Positions 26,171 through 38,630 of a stretch of 64,000 nt of DNA are shown here, piece by piece. The DNA lies in NCBI GenBank assembly GCA_977017645.1, contig OZ360238.1, positions 26,598,001-26,662,000 on the forward strand, read 5' to 3'. The first letter of the stretch is position 1. Every line of letters begins with the position of its first letter. This DNA is from Torpedo marmorata. Lineage: Eukaryota. The position numbers and the translations under genes are program-made. The notes under the pieces are model-generated. The model was not told where the DNA came from, did no database searches, and was given only the letters and a program-made list of their open reading frames with translations.

Positions 26171-26935
26171 TTAAATATATATATATATTGTACAAAATGT
26201 TGAGTTTAAGGACTTTAGTAGGAAGAAATCTAAACTAGACTATGGTTTTAATGGACAGAGAATGTTGCTGTACAGAGGGTGCAAGGTTTCCTCAGACATG
26301 GAATGTAGGAGGCAGCATGCGGGTACAGGAGGGGATTAGGAAGGCAAATAGAGTGCTGGCCATTATTGCAAAGGGGATAGAGTATAAACATTGAGAAATA
26401 CAATGGCATGGGGATGAAAGAGCTTACGTGAGGAAAAGTTGAGCAGGGTGCTTCATATCTATTGAAGAATATGAAGAGATCTGATTAAAGATTCTAAGGG
26501 AGCTTGACAAACCAGAGCATTGAAGGCTGAATCAATAAATACAGTTAAGACTACGATATCAGATTTTAGGCATTTTAGATGTAGTAGCTGGATTCAAATT
26601 TAGCTGAGACGGCTGAGGGATCCCCTCTCCTTTATCATTGAGGAGTACAAGATGGGGTTCCATTGAAATGAGTTGGGGTAGTTTCAACAGTTTTGTATTG
26701 AGGTGATCAACGAATAATTGCTCATTTCTCTCAGGTAAAACACCAGAATAGCCTCTGTGACAGATGGTAAGAGCATCAAGACTGGGATTGAGCTGGGGTC
26801 GAAATTTAACTTTTTGAAATTGAACATACCCAACAGAAATTTTCTTCATTCTTCAGTGTTGTCATTGCTCACCTTATGAATGACAGTATTCATGAAAAGA
26901 AAGCAAAGAAATGAAAAAGTCAAAAACATGATACA

Positions 26936-27160
26936 GGCAGCATGGTTAGCGTAGCGGTTAGCACAACGCTATTACAGCGCCAGTGACCGAGGTTCGAATC
27001 CAGCGCTCTGTAAGGAGTTTGTGCGTTCTCCCCATGTCTGCGTGGGTTTTCCCTGGGTGCTCTCATTTCCTCCCACCCTTCAAAATGTAGGTTAATTGGT
27101 TGTAATTGAGCAGCACGGATTTCAATGGCCGGAATTGGCTTCTACCATCTTGTAAATAAA
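26936..27160 (+). mobile_element. V-domain SINE (HE1-like)
   Basis: Head, B box GGTTCGAATCC, V-domain. Confidence 0.85.
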
Positions 27161-27394
27161 ACATGAGATTTTAGATATAGATGGGATTATCCTGTACAAT
27201 TCTGGTTAGCAATGTACGTAGTTCAACATTAGTGACCCTCAATGATCTTGCTGATCAAGGAATCAGATACAAGAAGAAATTAAAATCTGCCTACTATTTA
27301 AGAAGTGAGCACAGAAATGCCAGAGCCAAGAAAGCTTGTTTCCTAAAGTTTGACAAATGAACCCTTGGAGACGGTTTCAGAATAAGTTCCAAGG

Positions 27395-27945
27395 AATCAT
27401 GAAGAAGGCTCGCCAGCGGCTATACTTCATGAGGAGTTTGAGGAGATTTGGTATGTCGCCAAAGACTCTTGTAAATTTCCACAAGTGTACTGTGGAGGGC
27501 ATTCTAACTGGTTGCATCACTGTCTGGTATGGAGGTGCCAATGAACAGGACAGGAAAAAACTACAGAGAGTTGTAAACTCGGCCAGCGCCATCATGGCCA
27601 TCAGCCTCCATTCCATTAACGACATCTACAAGAGGCAGTGTCTTAAGAAAGCAGACTCTATTCTCAAGGACACTCACCACCCAGGCCATGCCCTCTTCAC
27701 ACTGCTACCATCAGGAAGGAGGTACAGGAGCCTGAAGACGAACTCCCAGCAGAACCAAAACAGTTTCTTCCCCTCTGCCATCAGATTTCTGAATGGACAA
27801 TGAACCACAGGCTTTACCTTATTTTCTCTTCTTTTGCACTATATTTAAAAATTAATTTATAGCAATTTTGCACCTGCAATGCTGCCACAGAAAAATGAAT
27901 TTTGTGACATATGTTCATGACAATAAATTCCAATTCAGATTCTGA
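27395..27945 (+). mobile_element. Rex1/Babar-type LINE 3' fragment (DUF1891-like C-terminus)
   Basis: KKARQRLYFMRSLRRFGMSPKTLVNF..CTVEGILTGCITVWYG...HPGHALFTLLPSGRRYRS...SFFPSAIR; tail ATGACAATAAATTC. Confidence 0.82.
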
Positions 27946-29386
27946 ACTGAGAATGACTAAAGTGCTATTGGCATTAAACATCTCAGAATGTCAGCATTTT
28001 AATTCATATGAGAATTAACCAGATGGTAAAAATTAGTTACAGTGATCAATTTTTAATTATTGTGGAGAAATGTGGGTTAAACAAGCATGCACAATAACAC
28101 ATGAACACTAATCACATAAACAACGGCAGGTATTTACATTACAATGTCATTAACTCTTTGTATTCTAGCCAACTAGCAATGACATTTATTGCAGTAATTC
28201 AAAAATCCATTGATTATCATTTTAACAAAAATGTATATTGGCAATAGTCACAGTGTGCAGGTCTGGAAAGGCACACATGCATTAAAAGCTTTTTTTTTCA
28301 AATGTGCATGAAAGTCCCATGAATAAAGTTATTATAAAGTCAGAACATTTTAATCTTTATTATAATGTGGATTATTTCTTATCTTGTGATCATCTATATT
28401 GCTGTATAATTTTTACATTGTCCAATTAAACCAAGGTGCACCTGAGCCCCATTGTGCAATCTCCTTCAGTTTTCTTTCTCCCCGATTTTGGAACTCTGCC
28501 ATCATTTCCACAGGGGATCTGGAGATCCCACCAAGCAACATTGGTCCTGTTTTCAAGAAGTCCTATTACCAGGAGATTCTTACCAACAATACTATTGAAA
28601 ATAAAACAAGAAATCAGATCCTCATACTGTAAGCTCAATGGCAGATGTCATAATATTCAGTGCAATGCGTTAAAATATGCTTGGGCTCTCTGATCTTTTT
28701 TTAATCACTTTGCAGATTACATTTAATGTATTATAATGTGCTCTGGCAGGAATCGAAGTCCAAAATTCTTGTAAGAGCATGTTAATAATACAGGACTATC
28801 TATGGCTCATTCTCCCCCTTCTGAGAGCTACTGTAGCAAACAGGGGGGAAAGTGCTGCCATTATCAGAGGGGGATAAACGATGACAACTGGAAAGAAGCT
28901 GAATTTGTGATTTGCTACAAAGGTGGTGTTGAGAATCAAATGGTGCAACGAGGATGGGACTGTGATTTAAATAGCATTTTGGGTCATATGATCTTTCCAA
29001 TAAATTTATGTTTTTTTAAATGAAATCTTGGTGAACTTCTGTCCCAAACCAACACATCCAAAAATTGATCCTTTGTTGCACTGATATGCTGTAGTACACA
29101 GGGACTTTAATTTTCTGTTCTCTATTAAATGTAGCATTAACACTTCAGTCACCAACCAAGAACAAATTTTAACTGTACCTTGGCTAAAAAAAATTTTTTT
29201 AAAGTAAACACACAGGACTGATGGAACTGGAGGTGTGTGGCCAATTCACAAGATAGATTTCCTCTGAAATTTACCTTTTGGCAACTGATTACTAGGGTCG
29301 TGGCAATAAATTGTTGGATGCATTATTCCAAATATGAACACCGAAAAGCTAACTTGATTACAGTGATGGGCAGAACTAAACTTGTA

Positions 29387-29621
29387 AAGGTAAAGGTAAA
29401 GGTTCCATTATTGTCACGTAATACTACATTTAGAATGTAACATACATGAAATTCTTTAATTTTTGTCTCCCGTAAGGCAGACAGAGGGTCGCTATTTTGT
29501 CCAGCGCCCCTCACAGAAACCTACAGCACCTGGTGTTCCTTGGTGGTCTCCCCTCCAAGTACTGACCAGTCCTGTGCCTGCTTAGCTTCTGAGATCAGAC
29601 AATCCCAGTTGTATTCAGGCT
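29387..29621 (-). mobile_element. 5S rRNA-derived SINE (SINE3 type), second copy
   Basis: Near-identical to 3947-4177; flanked by direct repeat ACTTGTA (29380-29386 and 29622-29628). Confidence 0.9.
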
Positions 29622-31178
29622 ACTTGTAGCTTAAGATATAGCTCAAAAACCTTGTTCAGGCACACATACTGAATATTTTAAACTTGAAAATATCTGAGCA
29701 CTCCACTGCAGCATTTTAAAATAACTGATCAATGTTTAGTAATCTGCAAATGATATCCAAACCAAGATACGACTAAAAGAGTTTGTTCTTTGTGCCATAT
29801 ATTAGGACTATATATTACATTGTGATTGTGGCTCTGTGGCTGTAGCATTGGAGTGCCAGACATTCAATTAGAGACTTTGACTTTGAAACCCAGCTTCGAT
29901 GCATTTAACTGGTCCTCAGCCAATCTCTTTGATGGTACATAGCACTATCCTTTAGTACATAGTGCTCCATCCTGGCAGAAATTATAGAAATAATTTGTCA
30001 GGGTAATGTTTCAGCCTGAACTGCTTTACCTCCAATTAACCAAGGTACAGAGAGCAGCCAGTTGCTTGTGCTCTTCTTGGCCTGATGCACTGCACCTGCA
30101 CTCTCCTCGTGGTGTAACAACTTAGGAAACAAAAGATACTGAACCAAGAACCGAGAATCCATGTCGAATAGTGCTGAAAATTCTCCACACATATCAAATA
30201 GTTAGCTTTGGCTCAATAATGGTCTCCCCCCAACCCCCCTTCCCTAACCCGATGGTATCAAGCTCAATTCATGAAGCTCACCATGCTGACACAAATAAGC
30301 CATTTTGCATTATTAACAGTAACTAATTGTCTTCATGTGTGCTGTCAATTCAGGAGTCTTTTTTCTCAGGTGGATATAAGGAATGTCTTTGAGGAATAGG
30401 AATGCCTTTCTGGTATCTTAATCAACAGGTATCCCTCAATAAACAAAAAGAAGATTATTAGATCTTTATTTCACAGCAGTTTTTTTTGTTTAATATTGCT
30501 AGTCTCACTGAGTCTGCTGCATATTTATACATTAGAGTAGGGACATAATGTTGAAATTATGTCATTATTGATGAAGTAATTTGGATGAAATATTTTATGT
30601 TATTAAGTTTTTAAAGTATTTATTGTAGGGATTTTTCAGTGGAAACTGGTCAACGTACAAGTTCAAATTTGCAAGTTATGTGTAAGTAAGATAAGGCTGC
30701 ATTCTGCTAAAATTATCTTGAAACTGCGCAATATGGAAAATAATAAATACTTGCATAGCTTCACTGCGATCTCAGTAATTAATTGAAAGTATATGCCTAA
30801 GTGTGAATACCTGTTAAGATTTTTTAATAAAAATCTAACCCTAACCTATACATCAGTTATAAAATATTAATAGTTTGAGAGATAATTACTGTACATTAGT
30901 AATTTCTTGAATATTACGGAGATCTACCTGATAGAAACTCCATGAATTGAGGTAATGCTTGTAAGGCAACAAGTATTGCTCACTTTCTTTTGCCCTGAAG
31001 ACAATGATAATTCTCTTTATAATGGCAAGCCATGCTTGGCCCACACTAAGGGAGCCATGAGTCAACCATGTAATATGGCGCTAGAGTAACTTCAGCCAAG
31101 AGACAGTTGAAATGGCAGATACCCTCCTCAAAATGTAACTTATAACAACCTAAAATGCTTTTCCAAAATCCTCAATTA

Positions 31179-32962
31179 CCGTATATTTTGGCGTATAAGT
31201 CGACCAGCAGATAAGTCGACCCCCCCTTTGTCAGCCTCATTTTAATGGTTTTATGGTATATCCGGCGTATAAGTCGATCCCCAAAAATCCCGATGATTGA
31301 GCTGCTGGGCATTGACTGGCGTATAGGTCGACCCACAACGATCGCGCTGATTGAGCTGCTGGGCGTTGGCTGGAGGTGATTGTTATCATGGAGGCTCAAT
31401 TGAAACGACGAAAGTATGAGGCGAGTTTTAAATGAAAAGTGAAAGAAATGGCCAAGAAAACCAACAACTGTGCTGCTGCAAGAAAATATGATATATACGA
31501 GAAGTTGGTAAGAGATTGGAGGAAGAAAGAAGATACTTTAAGAAAAATACCAAAAAGGCAATGTTCGATGAGAAGAGGAATCACTCGTTGGCCAGAGTTG
31601 GAAAATCATGTTGCAGCATGGGTACGTGAACAGAGGCAAGATTGCTACATAGTTACCTGAAATAAAATAAGAACATTTGCACTGAAGTGGGCAAAGTCGC
31701 ACCCAGAACTCAGTAATGATTTTGAAGCTACAGTAGGCTGGTGCAACCATTTCATGAACAGGAAAAATCCGGTTTTACGACAAAAAACTAAAATTGCTCA
31801 GAAACTACCAAAAGATCTTGATCATAAAGTTGTAAGTTTTCACCAGTTTATTATACGTAACCGGCAGAAACACAAGTTTGCATTGGCAAATATTGGAAAC
31901 ATGGACGAAACCCGCATGAATTTTGACATGATAGGCAATAGAACAGTGGAATGGAAAGGTGTGAAAACTGTGCAAACGAGGAGTACAGGACATGAAAGGA
32001 CCAGGTTTACCGTGGTGTTATCGTGCATGGCCGACGGGGACAAAGTTAAGACCCATGGTAATCTTCAAACATAAACTTAAACCTAAAATAAATTTCCCAG
32101 CAGGTATTTTTGTACATTTTCATGAAAAAGGATGGATGGATGAAAATGGTGTAAAACTATGGATAGACAATGTGTGGAACAGGCGGCCAGGCGGTTTACG
32201 CAAGGAACAGAGTTTGCTGGTCTGGGATATGTTTCGTAGCCACTTAACTGAGAAGACTAAAAGTAGATTAGCACAACATAATACTTACATGGCGGTTATC
32301 CCGGGTGGTTTTACGTCTATATTGCAACCTCTCGATGTCTGCTTGAACAAGCCATTCAAAGACCACGTGCGTGAAGAGTGGAATACATGGATGTCGAGTG
32401 CAGAAAAATCATTTACAAAAGGCGGGACAATGCGTGCTGCATCGCTTGATGTGCTGTGTGACTTCGTGCTCAAGGCATGGGACAAAGTGAAAGTAGAGAC
32501 TATAATAAAATCATTTAAAAAGTGCGCTATCTCTTGTGCAATTGATGGTACGGAAGATGATTTATTGTGGGACACTGACGACGAAGCTGAAGACGCCTCA
32601 TCAGATAAAGACTGGGACCCGTACGATGACTGTTTAAACAGTGAGACACGGGATGTGCTTGCCGAGATCTTTCCCTCAGACGATGATAGCGAAAGTGATT
32701 TTGAAGGGTTCTAAATGTCTTGTTGTTTTCAATAAAAATGTCAATGAAAATTTGTTGCAGTCGGGTTTTTTTTTGGTTTTTCAAGGGTCGACTTATACGC
32801 CGAATCGTGTTTTCAAGGGTCGACTTATACGCCGAATCGGCGTGGACTGGATTTTGAGCTGATTTTAAGGTCTCAAAAGTATATCCGGCGTATAAGTCGA
32901 CCCCTGTTTTTTGAGACATTTTTGAGGGTTTCAAGGGTTGACTTATATGGCGAAATATACGG
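31179..32962 (+). mobile_element. Full-length pogo-superfamily DNA transposon (DD35D, Passer/Tc2/POGK-like)
   Basis: TIRs CCGTATATTTTGGCGTATAAGTCGACC ... GGTTGACTTATATGGCGAAATATACGG; TA at the left flank (TT at the right); repeated subterminal GGCGTATAAGTCGACC motifs; transposase gene inside. Confidence 0.92.
31388..32714 (+). pseudogene. pogo-type transposase pseudogene (Brinker-like HTH, CENP-B HTH, DDE_1 domain), about 441 aa when repaired
   Basis: ATG 31388; in-frame TGA at 31433 and 31658; +1 frameshift in GGGG 32036-32039. Motifs GNMDET, LLVWDMFRSH and QPLDVCLNKPFK, with 35 residues between the 2nd and 3rd catalytic D; acidic C-terminal tail. Confidence 0.92.
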
Positions 32963-34407
32963 TTCATTGATGGATTTTCATTCTGTTTCACCCAAATAGT
33001 CTTATCTTGCCTAGTTTTGGGGAAAAAAGTGTTTCTAGATCCTGTGTGAGTTGAGGGATGGGGGCTGGGGGGGGGGAGGGGGAGGACAAATAAAGGATAA
33101 AAGATTGCTCCATTTTAACAAAAACATTTCTTGTGTCAGAAATTGCCAGTTCTGATGAAAGGTCATGAACCTGTTCTGTTAATTCACTGCATTCTCTGTC
33201 TCACACTTCAAACATTGCTTTTTGTGTTCCTCTGCTCATTCGTCTCTTCTGCTGGCTCTCCCTCCAGCTCAGCCGCAATGACCAAGGCTTCCCCACCCTC
33301 CCTCGGCTTGTACTAACATCACATGTCATTCAGATTCTCTAGATGTACGCCCTACCACAGATGTTTCCTTTGCCCCATCCTCCGCCTCCACCACTCTATA
33401 AATTAAAACAAGCCTGCTTTTCTAACTTACAACAAGGCAACAGGCCATTCAATCCAACAACTCTATGCTAGCCCACAGTGAAACCTCATCAGTTTCAATC
33501 CACTTCTTATTTCCTTAAAACTCTGCAAATCATTCTCTTTCACGTGCACTTCAACTGCCCTTTAATAATAATAAATTTAATAATATGTTCCCACTATTTT
33601 TCAACCCATATAAAGATTTTGTTGATAATTTTTCAGTCAGATTTATGACGTTCAAATGAAACAGCCATTATCTAACTGTCCATAGCACTGGATTGCATAG
33701 ACTGAAGCTTGCGAACTGGTGGATGTACTTTCACCCAAGAAAAGCTGTTGAATGGCATCAATTACTGTCTTGTGCCATAAATTATTCAAACACAAATTAC
33801 ATGGCATTGTAAAACTGGATTAGATCCTGTAGATCAGGTTTATCTCTGACTGTTAGAGCTGGGATTGTTTGCTCAAAGCTACTATCTAAACAGGCTAAAG
33901 TAATGCAAGGATCCTTAATAGAATGGCTTCTAATTATTATAATGCGGCAAAACTCTTCCTTTACCAACCCATTCTATATTTTATAATACCTGTATAGATG
34001 ATACCTGTAAATATCAATGACTAAATTCCCCTCTCCTTTTGCTGGTTACTGGGGAACCCTCCCAAACAAATCAGCAAGTGAACCACAAATGCTGCCTTTT
34101 TAATTAATAAACAAAATATAACCCCACCTAGTCTCCTAATAAAATCAAATTTTGTGTTTAAATTAATGGACAACTTGTTGAGAATGTAAAGTCAGTCAAA
34201 TACACTGGAGACAATCGAGATGACAATCTCAAGTTAAATTTCAGAAATTGGTTTCAACATTCTTTCCAATGCAACAGCTTTTGACGTCATCTTTAAGAAA
34301 TGTTAAACTTTCCTTGAGCCTTTGTTTCTGTTCTCTTTATTCATTGTTCGCCTATCCGGGGATATGTACCTCTGGTCAATTTACAGTTAAACTGCATAAT
34401 GGAGATA

Positions 34408-35505
34408 ATCACACAAGATCACAAGATATAGGAGCAAGTTGGCCCATTGGCCCATCACGTCTGCTCCGCCATTCTAATCATGAGCTGATCCATCCTCCCA
34501 CTCAGCCCACTCCCTGGCTTTCTCCCCGTAACCCTTGATGCCCTGACTAATCAAATACCTGTCAATCTCTGCCTTGTTTCCACAGCCGCCTGTGGCAACG
34601 TTCCATAGACTCACGACCCTCTGACAAAAGAAATTTTTCCGCATCTCTGTTTTAAATTAACGCCCTTTTATCCTGATATTATGCCCTCTTGTCCTAGAAT
34701 CCCCTACCATGGGAAACATCTTTGCCTCATCAACTCTGTCCAGGTATTTCAGCATTCAAAATGCCTCTGAGGTCGCCCCTCATCCTTCTGTACTCCAACG
34801 AGTACAGTCCAAGAGCCGACAAACGTTCCTCATATGTTAACCCTTTCATTCCCAGTATAATTTGAGTAAATCTACACTGAACCCTCTCTAACGCCAGCAC
34901 GTCTTTTCTCAAATACGGCACCCAAAACTGTACATAGTACTCAGTGAGGACTCACCAGTGCTTTATAGATTCTCAACATTATATCCCTGCTCTTATATGC
35001 TATTCCTCTAGAAATTAATGCCAACATTGCATTCACCTTCTTCACCACTGACTCAACCTGGAGGTTAACCTTTAGGACAGAGGTTCTCAACCTTTTTTTT
35101 TCCCACTCACATACCACCTTAAGTAGTAATCCCTTACTAACCACAGAGCACCTATGGGTATAGGATGCCATAGGTGCTCTGTGGTTAGTAAGGGATTACT
35201 TAAGGTGGTATATGAGTGGAAATATAAAGGTTGAGAACCACTGCTTTAGGGTATCCTGCACGAGGACTCCCAAATCCCTTTGCCCTCGGAATTTTGAATT
35301 TTCTCCCCATCTAAATAATAGTCTGCTGTCCATTTCTTCTACCAAAGTGCATGAAGGTACACTTTCCAAACATTGTATTTCTTCTGCCACCTCTTTGCCC
35401 ATTCTCCTAATCTATCCAAGTCTCTCTGCAGCCTTTCCGTATGCTCAGCACCATCTGCCCTACCACCTATTTTGGTATCATCTGCAAATTTAGCCACAAA
35501 GCCAT
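34408..35505 (-). mobile_element. CR1 LINE 3' fragment (hosts the MITE at 35078-35243)
   Basis: QRDLGVLV, YKALVSPH and YEERLSALGLYSLEYRRMRGDL remnants plus CR1 3' UTR. Confidence 0.88.
35078..35243. mobile_element. Palindromic hAT MITE inserted in a CR1 LINE
   Basis: TIRs CAGAGGTTCTCAACCTT ... AAGGTTGAGAACCACTG; 8-bp TSD CTTTAGGA / CTTTAGGG; nearly the whole 166 bp is self-complementary. Confidence 0.85.
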
Positions 35506-35889
35506 CAAAGTTCATCTCCCTTTATAATTCAGACCTCATTATAAATCACTTCTCTTTATTCAAAGACCACAAAATATCATCTTTTTTAATGAGAAGTATA
35601 ATATTTCCACTTCATCCTTAATTAATATACATTAAAGTACAACCTCTGTTACAGTTCTCACAAGAACCTTTGGAAACTCACTCAATTCAAGGACAAAGCT
35701 GATCAAACTGAAATGATAACTTCTCAATTGAACCAACATAACGAAATGCTTATACTTTCTATAATTTGTAAACACGTGTACTTGCTTGAATAGCATTTCC
35801 TGAGCTTGTGAAACAGATGTATTTACATATCAATATGTGGCAAAAGAATTGTGGAAAATCTTTGAAATAATGGAATTATTTTCTTTTAC

Positions 35890-38539
35890 CTAGTGCAGGT
35901 GCAAGTGCTGATACAGCATTGGTTGGGTCCAGTTGGAATCCGCCCAGCATAAACTGTGTGTCAGTTGCATTTTCCAGCTTCAGGCCTGGGAGGTTCATAT
36001 TCTGGGCCAGGTAGTACTGGTAAAGCTCGGCCTCTGCAGGCGCCAGGTTGCTGAGGCCGAGGTGTCTGCTGTGCTGAATCTGGTTCATGTTCTGCTGGAG
36101 CAGCATCATGTTGTGCATGTGTTTCTCGCTGGTCATGTGAATGCGCAGATTCCTGGCCACATTCGTCTCGTAGTCGCACACCTCGCACCGCCACGTGGGT
36201 TTGCTTTTTGGTTTGGTGGGCGAGGAGGCCCCGCAGGAGCTCATGCTGGCAGCGGCCGCAGCCGCAGCTGCCACAGCTGCCCCGGCACTGTGGCTGAAAA
36301 CTTGGTCGCCTCCACCGTTCTGCAAGTTCTGCATGTTATTGAGATGCTTGTCGGACTGCATATGAATACTGAGATTGCCTTTGGTTGTAGTGGAGTAGTT
36401 ACATACCTCACATCGGAAAGGCTTGTAACCACAGGTATAACTCTCACCCCGAGCCAACCGAGGGTGAGGTTGCCCAGATTTGCAATACGCACATGAGCCA
36501 CCGGATTCTGGGTGCTTTTCCTTCATGTGGGCTTCCAGCGTCTGCTGGTACTTGTAGTGCCAGTTGCACTTTGGACACTTCAAGGTCTTGCACGAGTTCC
36601 GAGAATGCATCATGGTCATGTGCCCGCCAAGGGATCGAGAGGAGCCCAGGACTGTGTCGCACTTCGGACACTCAACGGTGCTTCCGGATGAGCATTCCCC
36701 ACCCCCCACATCGCAGGGAGTGTTGGTATGCTGGTGATGGGAGGTGTAGTATCCTTCCTCACCATCGACAGGTTCATTTGGTTCAGGAGCTGTGGCACTG
36801 TCTTTATTGGCACTTTCATCTACAAAGTCCGTCCTATTACTCTCAGTATTACCGACACAGCTGTCGCCGCTCGCACTGTCGTTTGACAAGCTCACTGCAT
36901 TCCTCCCACTTGCACCATCGAAAACAACAAAGGAAGTAGAAGAAGAAGAAGAGGTGCCCCTTGGAGAAGGGTTCAGCACATTAGGCATTAAAGGAGATTT
37001 AGAAATGCTTTGGTTTGAGAGAGTGGGTTCCTTGTTGCTACATACATCACCCTCAGGATCTTCCTGGGGCTCACCGTCATCCTCATCCGACTCACTTGGG
37101 AACAGTTCTTTGCACTCCTCATCTTCGTCTGCTGCTTCAGCAGAGTCCGCCTTTTCCATGAGGCTACTGTCAGCACTAAACTCTCCACTGGCTTTTTTCT
37201 TCTCAATTTCCAACCCCAAATCCTTGCTCTCTGACGTTTTGGTCGGCCCGGAGGCAAGGTGGCCCAGAGGGACTGAGGTAATTGGGGTCTTCAGGGCTGA
37301 GCTTGTCAACCCTCCAAGATTCAACAGAGCACTTTGGGCCAGTGGGATTGAATGAGGCTGCTCAGCTGCACTCGTGTTACCTTCAGAGTCTTTTAATAAA
37401 GCCAAACCAGCTTGTACAGCCTCATCACCATCAACGTGGATTCCACTGAAAGTACCATAGAAGTTCTGACCAGGGCCAATGAGGTTAGCTGTGGAAACTA
37501 AAGGGTGTTGAAAGTTTTTGTTTTTTGGTTCCAGAAAGCTTATAAGAGGTTCCTTGTCTTTGCCTATCCCTTGGATGATAGCAGACACGTTCTTATTACT
37601 TAAGAGCTTGTGCTCCTCTTCACTAAGGGTCATTCGGTGGTCATGCACAGCATGCGTTACAAATGACCTCACATATCCAAAAGACAACTTGCACAAAAAA
37701 CACATTAAAATGGGCTTTCGTTTGCCATAGAGCACGAAACTGTCAAACTTAGACAAGTCCACATTGTTAGGGACATCTTTGGATACACAAGAGTTTTTGG
37801 CAGAGCCATCACTGTTCAGGTAATCCTTGTTGCTTTTGTGTCGCACATCAAAAACACGGAAAGTGTGCAAGACAGGACTGATGCCTGTCAGTGCTGAGGT
37901 ATTGGGGAATGCCTGCTCAGAGCCAAACCACTTCCCAAAAGATGAGGCTATGTGAAAAGTGTTGATGATCTGTGGATAGACGGAGACGGATGCTGCGGAG
38001 GTGGACTCCCCTTGCTTATTCCCAGCGTTGGACATAGAGTTCATGAACAATGCTGGGAGAACACTACTGCCACTGGGCCCTCCACACTGGATACTTTGCA
38101 TTAACTGGTTCACATTCTCTACGATGTAGGCAGAGCCATCTGGCTGATAGACAATCTCCCCAACCAGGTTCTCCACGTCGCTCTCCTCTGCCTCGCTCAT
38201 TTCACTGTCACTTTCCTCCTGGAGGAGCTGTGGGTGCGAGTTTGGGCAATGGTGTTCCATGTACTTTTGTAAACTTGAGAATGAGCATGAACACTCGTTG
38301 CAGCTGACCTCCTTTGTGGACAACGTGCTGTGTGGAACAACAGCCGCCGCAGCAGTCTCTGAGCTGCACTCGTCGAATGATGACCTTAGGTTCTCACATG
38401 GGATGCAGTTCTCTTGTGCAGACTCCATTGAACCAACTTTGTCAGAGACCTGGGGGTTAGATTCAGTCCATTCCTGATGCTGGGAGGTGCTACACCCATC
38501 CTCTTGCCCAGTGATGGTAGGGGAGTCACAGGTTTCCAT
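35890..38539 (-). CDS. ZFHX3: Zinc finger homeobox protein 3 (ATBF1), first coding exon (883 codons + 1 nt)
   Basis: 887-aa ORF with ZFHX3-type segments ([87 protein letters not shown]) and C2H2 fingers ([67 protein letters not shown]). Phase-1 donor CTAG|gtaaaa at 35890/35889. Confidence 0.97.
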
Positions 38540-38585
38540 AGTGATGACTACATGAGCGTTTCATTGCATCCAGTCCGGCAGGGGC
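38540..38585 (-). other. ZFHX3: 5' UTR part of the first coding exon of ZFHX3 (46 nt) with splice acceptor
   Basis: Minus strand reads cactaat (branch-like) ... tgttttgtttcaatttgtag|GCCCCTGCCGG ... TCACTATGGAA; acceptor AG at 38587-38586. Confidence 0.85.
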
Positions 38586-38630
38586 CTACAAATTGAAACA
38601 AAACAGTCAATTAGTGTCCTGCTTAAAAAA

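Noticed and set aside
30834-30848. Interstitial telomeric repeat (ctaaccctaacc)
   Set aside because: Only about two units; compatible with chance.
35933-38477. Antisense and alternative-frame ORFs over the large exon
   Set aside because: Shadow ORFs of a GC-richer coding exon, with no recognisable domains.
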